DNA from: an uncultured Candidatus Peribacteria bacterium
Lineage (GTDB): Bacteria > Patescibacteriota > Gracilibacteria > Peribacterales > Peribacteraceae
Reading direction: 5' to 3'
NCBI GenBank assembly: GCA_964494435.1
Contig: CAZBSN010000001.1
Location: 1 to 45,515 of the forward strand
Length of the DNA: 45,515 nt
Below the pieces are notes generated by a model. That model saw nothing but the letters and a program-made list of their open reading frames with translations. It was not told the DNA's origin and made no database searches. Below, in pieces: positions 16,351 to 23,828 of the stretch (position 1 is the first letter of the stretch; each line of letters starts with the position of its first letter). The position numbers and the translations under genes are program-made.

Positions 16351-16384
16351 TCATGCTATAGAATCGCTTTCTTCCTTCTTTCCC

Positions 16385-17533
16385 ATGCCTTTCAGCATCG
16401 AAAATGGCCACACGTATATCATCGCGGAAGCAGGTGTGAACCATGACGGCAACATTGAGAGGGCATACGAACTGATCGATAGTGCGGCCGATGCCGGCGC
16501 TGACGCCGTGAAGTTCCAGCTCTTCAATCCAACGGAAGTCACATCACCTGCGGCGCGGAAAGCGGAATACCAAATCGCGAACGAAGGCAAAGGTGACGAT
16601 ATCGAAAGTCAGCAGGAAATGCTCCAGCGCTTAACGCTGAAGCTTGATGATTACCGGGAGCTGAAGAAATACACAGAGAGTAAGGGCATCGACTTCATTA
16701 CAACGCCGTTCGATGCTGAGTCCGCGCGCTTCCTCGCGAGCCTCGGCGTGAAGAAGATGAAGATTCCGTCGGGTGAAGTCACCAATCTGCCATTCTTGGA
16801 ACAAGTGGCGAAGCTTGGCATTGATACGGTGATTTCAACGGGAATGTGTAATTTGGAGGACATTGATGATGCTATAGCCGTCTTCAAAAAGCACGGTACA
16901 TCGTATTCACTACTGCACTGTGTGAGCTCCTACCCCGCTCCTGCAGAGCAGATCAACCTGCGCGCGATGAACACGATGCGCGCGAAGTTCAACGTCTCGA
17001 TTGGATACTCCGATCACACAGTCGGCATCGACGCCTCGCTCGCTGCGGTCGCAATGGGAGCACAGATTATCGAAAAACACTTCACCTACGACAAGGAAGC
17101 CTCCGGTCCAGATCATGCGGCGTCACTCGAACCACAGGAATTGAAAGAGATGGTGCGGGGCATTCGCTTAGTGGAAAAAGCACGCGATCAGGAAGGTGTG
17201 AATGCACTGCAGGATGAAGCACGAATGGATCGCATTTTCCAATCATCCGAACTGAGCGGCATGGTCGATCTGGCATTGGTCAAGAAGATGCTCGGCGATG
17301 GCGTGAAGCAATGCCAGCCGTGCGAAGCGGATGTGTTGAAGATGGGGCGCAGGTCCTGCCAAGTGACGGTCGATGTAAAGAAGGGCGATGTCCTGACACG
17401 AGAGATGATCGCGATCCGCCGTCCTGCAGACGATGGGCTGCCGCCAAAAAAGATAGACGAGATTGTGGGGAAGAAAGCGGCACGGGATCTGGCTGCCAAT
17501 AGCCTCCTCAGGCAGGATGACATCGCATGGTGA
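16385..17533 (+). CDS. neuB: NeuB-family nonulosonic acid synthase, canonical paralog 2 (LegI/NeuB-like, 382 aa)
   Basis: Start ATG 16385. 'YIIAEAGVNHDGN', 'AVKFQLF', 'GYSDHTVG', 'IIEKHFT' and 'SGPDHAASL', plus a C-terminal SAF-like domain. Confidence 0.9.
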   Translation: MPFSIENGHTYIIAEAGVNHDGNIERAYELIDSAADAGADAVKFQLFNPTEVTSPAARKAEYQIANEGKGDDIESQQEMLQRLTLKLDDYRELKKYTESKGIDFITTPFDAESARFLASLGVKKMKIPSGEVTNLPFLEQVAKLGIDTVISTGMCNLEDIDDAIAVFKKHGTSYSLLHCVSSYPAPAEQINLRAMNTMRAKFNVSIGYSDHTVGIDASLAAVAMGAQIIEKHFTYDKEASGPDHAASLEPQELKEMVRGIRLVEKARDQEGVNALQDEARMDRIFQSSELSGMVDLALVKKMLGDGVKQCQPCEADVLKMGRRSCQVTVDVKKGDVLTREMIAIRRPADDGLPPKKIDEIVGKKAARDLAANSLLRQDDIAW

Positions 17534-18657
17534 AGAAAATCCTCGCTCTCACAGGCACACGGGCTGATTACGGCATTTATAAGCCTGTTTTTGACGCTAT
17601 CAAGGCATCCAAGAATTTGTCATTGGAACTGATCGTTACGGGCATGCACCTGCGACCGGAGTTCGGAAAGACTGTCGACGTCATTCACCAAGACGGCTTC
17701 AAGGTCATTGCAGAACTCAACACACTCACGACCGAAGACACTCCACGTGCAATGACGGAGTACGTCGCCCGAACACTGATGGAGATCGTGAAAGTGCTCT
17801 CGGAACATCGACCAGACATCTTCTTCATCCTCGGCGATCGCGGCGAGATGCTCGCAGGCGCGATCGCGGCGGCGGAACTGCACATCCCGATCGCTCATCT
17901 CCATGGTGGAGAGCTGACGGGCCACATCGATGATCTGGTGCGTCCCGCAATCACGCAGTTGTCACAGATCCACCTCACGACAGCCGAGCCTCACTCACAG
18001 AACGTTCAGACGATGCTCCTGCGCTCCACACCGCACATTCACACCGTCGGAGCTCCCGCGCTCGACACCGTGCGACATTTGAAGCCTGTCCCAAAAGCTG
18101 AGCTCTGTGCGGAAATGAACCTGGATCCGTCTCTCCCCGTCATTCTCTTTGTGCAGCACCCGGACACGCTTGATGCACATACGCCCGAAGCACAACTAAA
18201 GCCGTCGCTGGAAGCATTGGAACATTTTGAGGGCAACGTGATGATCGTCGGAGCGAATGCCGACGCGGGGGGTGTGCACATGAATGCGGTGCTGGAAGCT
18301 TTCGCGAAGAAGCAAAAGAATCGTGCGTTCGTTCTCTCGCTGCCACATGAACGCTTCCTCTCATGGGAAGCGGCTGCAGATGTACTCATGGGAAACTCAT
18401 CAAGCGGCATCATCGAAGCCGCATCATTCCGTTTGCCCGTCGTGAACATTGGCGAACGACAAAGAGGCAGGCTGCGCTCTGGAAACGTGCTCAATGTTCC
18501 GTATGATCGTGCAGCCATCGAGAAAGCTCTGGAAAAGGCTCTGCATGATGAAACATTCCGCGCTGAAGTCCAGGTGTGCCACAACGCCTACGGAGATGGA
18601 CGGTCTGCCGAGAAAATCGCCCAAATTTTCGAGCATTTCGAACAATACGCAGCATAA
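17527..18657 (+). CDS. neuC: UDP-N-acetylglucosamine 2-epimerase (hydrolysing), NeuC/LegG type
   Basis: 'LALTGTRADYGIYKPV', 'GDRGEMLAGAIAAAELHIPIAHLHGGE' and 'GNSSSGIIEAASFRLPVVNIGERQRGR'. The start overlaps the neuB stop (ATGGTGA). Confidence 0.9.
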   Translation: MVKKILALTGTRADYGIYKPVFDAIKASKNLSLELIVTGMHLRPEFGKTVDVIHQDGFKVIAELNTLTTEDTPRAMTEYVARTLMEIVKVLSEHRPDIFFILGDRGEMLAGAIAAAELHIPIAHLHGGELTGHIDDLVRPAITQLSQIHLTTAEPHSQNVQTMLLRSTPHIHTVGAPALDTVRHLKPVPKAELCAEMNLDPSLPVILFVQHPDTLDAHTPEAQLKPSLEALEHFEGNVMIVGANADAGGVHMNAVLEAFAKKQKNRAFVLSLPHERFLSWEAAADVLMGNSSSGIIEAASFRLPVVNIGERQRGRLRSGNVLNVPYDRAAIEKALEKALHDETFRAEVQVCHNAYGDGRSAEKIAQIFEHFEQYAA

Positions 18658-18698
18658 AGGATGTTCCATCGGATGAGCAAAACGCGTATCCTGCGCGG

Positions 18699-19331
18699 GT
18701 GGATTCCCTCCCTTCCATTGTGCTCTATGGCGCAGGCGGCCAAGGAAAAGTAGTGGCCGACTGCATCGAGCGCGCCGGAACATTTTCGATCGTCGGATTC
18801 GTCGATGACGCAACGTCGGGAGAGTTTTTTGAATATCCCATCCTGGGTGATGCATCGGCACTCCCGTCCATTTATACAAACGGCATCCGTCACGCGTTCG
18901 CATGCATTGGAGATCCGACGGCACGCCAATCCGCCGTGGAGCGACTGCACAGCGCTGGGTTCATGATCGCCACGATCCTTCATCCTTCGGCACAGTGTGG
19001 ACGAGGATCCTCGTTCGGTGAGGGAGCCGTCGTACTCCCGGCTGCCGTCATTGGACCAGATGCGATTGCAGGGATTGGATGCATCATCAACACAAGCGCG
19101 ACCGTCGACCATGATTGCGTTCTCGGTTCGTATGTGCACATCGCTCCAGGGGCGCATCTTGCCGGAGGCGTGCATGTCGGTGACCATTCATTCATTGGCA
19201 TCGGGAGCGTCGTGCGCGAAGGCATATCGATCGGTCGCAACGTCATCGTGGGCGCCGGTTCAGTCGTCGTTGAGAACCTTCCTGATGACTGCGTCGCTTT
19301 CGGAGTCCCTGCAAAACCACAATCCACGTAA
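18699..19331 (+). CDS. NeuD/PglD/LegH-family sugar N-acetyltransferase (left-handed beta-helix)
   Basis: There is no in-frame ATG, so I chose GTG 18699 (GTG 18720 is an alternative). This gives the family-typical N-terminus 'IVLYGAGGQGKVVADCIE', followed by hexapeptide repeats 'IGCIINTSATVDHDCVLGSYVHIAPGAHLAGGVHVGDHSFIGIGSVV'. Confidence 0.8.
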   Translation: MDSLPSIVLYGAGGQGKVVADCIERAGTFSIVGFVDDATSGEFFEYPILGDASALPSIYTNGIRHAFACIGDPTARQSAVERLHSAGFMIATILHPSAQCGRGSSFGEGAVVLPAAVIGPDAIAGIGCIINTSATVDHDCVLGSYVHIAPGAHLAGGVHVGDHSFIGIGSVVREGISIGRNVIVGAGSVVVENLPDDCVAFGVPAKPQST

Positions 19332-20474
19332 ATGGCACGCTTCTCCATCCCCCTCTCCCGGCCAGACATCGCCCCCGAAGACATTGAGGAGGTCGTGTCG
19401 GTTCTCCGAAGTCCGCACCTCTCGCTCGGCCCACGTCTTCCCGCATTCGAAAAGGACGTAGCGGCATTCGTCGGAACGAAGCACGCAGTCGCTGTGAGCA
19501 ACGGCACGTGCGGACTTCATCTGTGCATCCGAGCGCTTGGAATCAAAGACGGAGATGAAGTGATTACGACGCCATTCAGCTTCGTTGCATCGGCAAACTG
19601 CATCCTCTACGAACGAGCCGTGCCGGTCTTCGTCGATATTGTGAAGGACACGTACTGCATCGATCCCGTTGCAGTCGAACGCGCCATCACGCCGAAGACG
19701 AAAGCAATCGTCGCGGTGGATGTATTCGGTTACCTCTGCGATTGGGACGCGCTTCGAGCAATCGCGAAGAAGCACAACCTCGCACTGATTGAAGACAGTT
19801 GTGAGGCGCTCGGCTCAACGAAAGATGGAAAGCAAGCTGGCACATTCGCGGACTGTGCGGTGTTCGCGTTCTACCCGAATAAGCAGATGACCACAGGTGA
19901 AGGCGGCGTCATTGTGACGGATCGAGACGACATCGCACGCAGCTGCACAGTAATGCGCAACCAAGGACGCTCCCCTGACGCGGCGTGGCTCGAACACGAG
20001 GTGCTTGGATTCAACTATCGCATCAGCGACATCAACTGCGCGCTCGGCCAGAGCCAGCTCAGGAGACTTCCCAGCTTCATTGAGAAGCGGCGCCAGGTCG
20101 CAGCGTGGTACGGAGAAGAATTACAGGCATTCGGAGGAGACATTATCGCCGCCGGAGACCAAGAAGGAGTATCTATCAGTTGGTTCGTGTATGTGGCACG
20201 TCTGGCGGATAGGTTTGCGGCCACGGATCGCAACGCGCTCATCACCTTCCTGCGATCCCAGGGGATCGGCTGCAACACCTATTTCCCGGCAATCCACTTG
20301 CAGCCCTTCTACCGAGCCATGGGGCACAAAAATGGAGAATTTCCGCTCACAGAAGCCCTATCTGACCGTACACTCGCTCTCCCATTCCACACCAATCTCT
20401 CGAAAGAAGAGGTTGCAACGGTCTGCAGAACGCTGAAAGATGGGCTGTCCAGGCTTTCACAGGGCTCTCTATGA
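19332..20474 (+). CDS. DegT/DnrJ/EryC1/StrS-family sugar aminotransferase (LegC/PglE-like)
   Basis: 'IPLSRPDI', 'AVSNGTCGLHL' and 'FAFYPNKQMTTGEGG' (PLP lysine). Confidence 0.9.
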   Translation: MARFSIPLSRPDIAPEDIEEVVSVLRSPHLSLGPRLPAFEKDVAAFVGTKHAVAVSNGTCGLHLCIRALGIKDGDEVITTPFSFVASANCILYERAVPVFVDIVKDTYCIDPVAVERAITPKTKAIVAVDVFGYLCDWDALRAIAKKHNLALIEDSCEALGSTKDGKQAGTFADCAVFAFYPNKQMTTGEGGVIVTDRDDIARSCTVMRNQGRSPDAAWLEHEVLGFNYRISDINCALGQSQLRRLPSFIEKRRQVAAWYGEELQAFGGDIIAAGDQEGVSISWFVYVARLADRFAATDRNALITFLRSQGIGCNTYFPAIHLQPFYRAMGHKNGEFPLTEALSDRTLALPFHTNLSKEEVATVCRTLKDGLSRLSQGSL

Positions 20475-21523
20475 CCCCCGCATTCTTCAAAGGCAAAACA
20501 ATCTTGGTCACCGGAGCCACGGGATCAATTGGATCTGAAATTGTCCGCCAGCTCCTAAAAATGGAGCCTGCTGTCGTGCGGATCTTCTCCCGCGACGAAC
20601 ATAAGCAATTTCTCATGAGCCAGGTGCACGGCACGGGAGACGATGTCCGCTACTTCCTCGGCGACGTGCGCGATCTGCCGCGCTTAGTGCGAGCGATGGA
20701 GGGCGTTGATTATGTCTTCCACTGCGCCGCGTATAAGCACGTGCCGATGTGTGAATACAATTCCTTCGAAGCTGTGAAGACGAACGTCATTGGAACGCAG
20801 AACGTCATTGACGCGGCCAGACAGCAGAACGTGAAGCGTGTGCTCTTCATCAGCACAGACAAGGCGGCAGCTCCAAGCAATGTGATGGGTGCGACAAAGC
20901 TTCTCGCAGAGCGGCTCATCTCATCCGCGATGGAATCCGTCGGACCCCATCAAATCCTCTTCTCAACTGTTCGCTTTGGAAACGTCATTGGCTCAAGAGG
21001 ATCCGTTATTCCGACTTTCTTAGAGCAGATACGAAAGGGCGGTCCCGTGACGATCACCCATACGGAAATGACCCGTTTCTTCATGTCGATTCCAGATGCC
21101 GTGCACCTCACGTTCAACGCAATGGAACAGATGAAGGGCGGTGAAGTGTTCGTTCTGAAAATGCCCGTGTTGCGGTTGGGAGATCTGGCAGAGGAACTCA
21201 TTGAAGAACTCGCACCCCGCTTCGGACGCGAACCGGGAAAGATCGAACGGCTTGTTGTGGGCATCAGGCCCGGTGAACGCATGCACGAGACGCTCATGAC
21301 CGATGATGAAGCACAGTATGCCGAAGAAACAGACACGATGTTCATCGTGCACCCGCCCATGCTGTCGTCCTTTGGAGAGCGCGGCAAAATGACGCCCAAG
21401 AAGACCCGCAGTTACTCATCGGGAGATGCTCCTCTACTCGATCGGTCAGGCATCCGTGACCTGGTGCGAACCTTCCTTGCGTCGCTCGACGCATCAGCAG
21501 ACATCGTACGCAACACCCCATGA
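20471..21523 (+). CDS. UDP-N-acetylglucosamine 4,6-dehydratase (LegB/PseB/FlaA1/CapD-short type)
   Basis: 'KTILVTGATGSIGSEI', 'FHCAAYKHVPMCEYNSFEAVKTNVIGTQNV' and 'FISTDKAAAPSNVMGATKLLAE'. ATGA overlap with the preceding gene. Confidence 0.9.
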   Translation: MTPAFFKGKTILVTGATGSIGSEIVRQLLKMEPAVVRIFSRDEHKQFLMSQVHGTGDDVRYFLGDVRDLPRLVRAMEGVDYVFHCAAYKHVPMCEYNSFEAVKTNVIGTQNVIDAARQQNVKRVLFISTDKAAAPSNVMGATKLLAERLISSAMESVGPHQILFSTVRFGNVIGSRGSVIPTFLEQIRKGGPVTITHTEMTRFFMSIPDAVHLTFNAMEQMKGGEVFVLKMPVLRLGDLAEELIEELAPRFGREPGKIERLVVGIRPGERMHETLMTDDEAQYAEETDTMFIVHPPMLSSFGERGKMTPKKTRSYSSGDAPLLDRSGIRDLVRTFLASLDASADIVRNTP

Positions 21524-23199
21524 TGAGCATGTTCCGGCGAGTCATCCGCCTGCTTCTGCATCCGGACCAACTTCGCCGACAATCCGGGCTTTTGCTGCAG
21601 TATCTCGTGTTTCGCATGCGATACGCTTTTGTACGGGTTCACTCGGACGCGCCACCGACGGGAAAAGACGTCCTCATCGTCAATTTCACCGATTGGATGC
21701 CGCGAGCCCAAACCGAAGGCCTCCTCATGCGACATCTTCAGCAACGCGGGTACCGACCGGTCGTACTCACGAAGAGCGATTGCCATTGGTCCATGCGCAC
21801 CTATCGTCTCTTCGGCGTCGATTCATTCGTCATGATCGATGACCCTGCGTTATTCGATCCACAGGACGATGAACGCATTACATCGATCATCCGAGAGATG
21901 AAAACGCCCGACGACATTCTGCGATTCACCCTCGATGATCTGCCCATTGGCCAGAGCATTCTCTCCACTTTGATTCGAAACCTGTGCCGCCCGACTCTGG
22001 ATCTGACGGATCCTGAAGCAATCGCATTGCTCAGGAGAATTCTCCATAACGCGCTCCAATCTGCGCGCGCCATTCGCGCGTATTATGATTCAACGAACAT
22101 TGAGGCCGTCTTCTTCAATGAAATTGGATTCGTTCCTTACTCGGTGTTCTTTTTTGCAGCGTTGCATCGCCGCATCCCCGTCATTCAGTACGTGCATGCT
22201 CAACGACTGGATGCGTTCGTCTTTCATCGTCACACCGTGGAGAGAGGCATGATCGATCCCGTTCATGTGACGGAAGAAAGTTGGGAAAAGATCCTTGCTC
22301 TTCCGTGGACTGCAGCGGTGGAAGAAACATTCATGAAGGATCTAAAAAGGCACTATGAACAACGTACGTGGTTCAACCTCATGTTGTCAGAAGAGAAAAT
22401 TCATAAATCACCCGAAGAGGTGCGCAGGCAGATCGGTCTGGATCCGAACAAGAAAACCGCCGTCATCTTCACGGGAGTCGTCTGGGATGACACGTTCTTC
22501 CTCGGCAAGAACCTCTTTGAGAACTATGACCACTGGCTTGTGGAAACGCTCAAGATTGCCTGCGCAAACACGCATGTTCAGTGGGTGATCAAGCTCCATC
22601 CGGATTATCTGTGGTACACGGAAAATAAAGGCATTGCGGACAGAGATGCGCCTTTTCGCGACCTCGTTGCAGTCATGGCAAACATCGAAAAGCTGCCCGA
22701 TCATATTAAAATCGTGCCACCCGACACGGACATCAGCACGTATTCATTCTTTGCCGTTACGGATTACTGCATCACTGTGCGCGGCACCGTCGGAATTGAA
22801 TTCCCCACCTTCGGCGTGACGACGTTTGTCGCAGGGAACGGCAAATATTCGAATTTTGGCTTCACGGAGAATTCTGAAACACGCGAAGAATATCTGGAGA
22901 AGATGCGTTACATCCAAGACTGGGCTGCGTTGAGTCCTGAACGTCGAACGCTTGCTCGCAGACACGCGCATGCATTGTTCGTGCTCAGGGTCGCGCCGAC
23001 TCCCAGTATGGAACTTGTCCCTATCCGGAAGAACAAACGCGTCGTGAGCCACAAGATGGCCATGCATGCCCGGTCGGCTCGCGATCTGGATGAAGACCAG
23101 GGTTTGCGCGGCTTCGCCGAGTGGCTCCTACATTCAAAAGATGAGGATTACCTCCGTCTGCCCCAAAAGACGGCGGAAGGGTACACTTGGCCTCAATGA
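21520..23199 (+). CDS. uncharacterised 559-aa protein, KpsS/KpsC (Capsule_synth)-like. Candidate CMP-ulosonate glycosyltransferase
   Basis: ATGA overlaps at both ends. Three blocks are spaced like the conserved blocks of E. coli KpsS as I remember them: 'KKTAVIFTGVVWDDTFF' (cf. LAVLQVYNDSQI), 'VQWVIKLHPDY' (cf. LVIKHHPMDRG) and 'DYCITVRGTVGIEFPTFGV' (cf. VVTINSTAGISAL). I am confident it is a real CDS. The function is only an inference. Confidence 0.5.
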   Translation: MMSMFRRVIRLLLHPDQLRRQSGLLLQYLVFRMRYAFVRVHSDAPPTGKDVLIVNFTDWMPRAQTEGLLMRHLQQRGYRPVVLTKSDCHWSMRTYRLFGVDSFVMIDDPALFDPQDDERITSIIREMKTPDDILRFTLDDLPIGQSILSTLIRNLCRPTLDLTDPEAIALLRRILHNALQSARAIRAYYDSTNIEAVFFNEIGFVPYSVFFFAALHRRIPVIQYVHAQRLDAFVFHRHTVERGMIDPVHVTEESWEKILALPWTAAVEETFMKDLKRHYEQRTWFNLMLSEEKIHKSPEEVRRQIGLDPNKKTAVIFTGVVWDDTFFLGKNLFENYDHWLVETLKIACANTHVQWVIKLHPDYLWYTENKGIADRDAPFRDLVAVMANIEKLPDHIKIVPPDTDISTYSFFAVTDYCITVRGTVGIEFPTFGVTTFVAGNGKYSNFGFTENSETREEYLEKMRYIQDWAALSPERRTLARRHAHALFVLRVAPTPSMELVPIRKNKRVVSHKMAMHARSARDLDEDQGLRGFAEWLLHSKDEDYLRLPQKTAEGYTWPQ

Positions 23200-23828
23200 A
23201 GTCCGTTCAAGAAATCTCCCGGCTCCACGGCACGCGAGAAGTCATGATCGCGATCCTCGATTGCATCCATGGCGACGTGCTCGATTTCGGCGCGGGAAAG
23301 GGAAAACAGAAGTCTCTCGTCCTCACGGTTGCCAAGACGTACACCGCATTGGATATCGACCCGCAGCCGAATATCGACATTGTTGGAGATGCGCTCGATC
23401 CTCCGATCGCGGATGCAAGCTACGACACGGTGATCAGCAACCAAGTGCTCGAACACGTGAAACGCCCATGGATCATGGTGCAGCAGATCGCACGAATCCT
23501 GCGACCAGGCGGCACGGCCGTCATCACGGCTCCGTTCATCACTCCCTACCACGCTCACCCAAACGATTTCTTCCGCTATACCGAAGCCGGCATGCGTTCG
23601 CTCGTGGAGGACGCCGGGCTCGAGGTCGTGCTCTGCACGAAACATGGAGGATGGTGGTCGTGCGTCGGAGAAACCGTGAAGCAGAAGTACTTCAGCCCCT
23701 ACGTGAAGAAGCTCTGGATCGGCCGACGACTCGCGAACCTGTTCGAAGCGTTCTTCCTCCTGCTCGACAAGACAACTCCTCCAGGCATCGCCTACTGCAA
23801 CGTCCTCTGCATCGCTCGGAAGCCATGA
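23196..23828 (+). CDS. class-I SAM-dependent methyltransferase
   Basis: 'VLDFGAGKGK' (motif I), 'VISNQVLEHVKRP' and 'ILRPGGTAVITAPF'. ATGA overlaps at 23196-23199 and 23825-23828. Confidence 0.85.
   Translation: MKSVQEISRLHGTREVMIAILDCIHGDVLDFGAGKGKQKSLVLTVAKTYTALDIDPQPNIDIVGDALDPPIADASYDTVISNQVLEHVKRPWIMVQQIARILRPGGTAVITAPFITPYHAHPNDFFRYTEAGMRSLVEDAGLEVVLCTKHGGWWSCVGETVKQKYFSPYVKKLWIGRRLANLFEAFFLLLDKTTPPGIAYCNVLCIARKP

Noticed and set aside
9305-17533. The two NeuB genes as an assembly duplication or as one pseudogene copy.
   Set aside because: The two proteins differ throughout, including in the conserved blocks, and in length (328 vs 382 aa). Both frames are intact and retain the metal-binding His motifs.
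18661-18753. 30-codon ATG ORF (MFHRMSKTRILRGWIPSLPLCSMAQAAKEK) in the NeuC-NeuD spacer. It could be a leader peptide or evidence of a frameshift in the NeuD-like gene.
   Set aside because: It is in a different frame from the acetyltransferase, whose family-typical N-terminus ('IVLYGAGGQGKVV') is reached cleanly from GTG 18699 or 18720. A frameshift is not needed and nothing supports a leader peptide.
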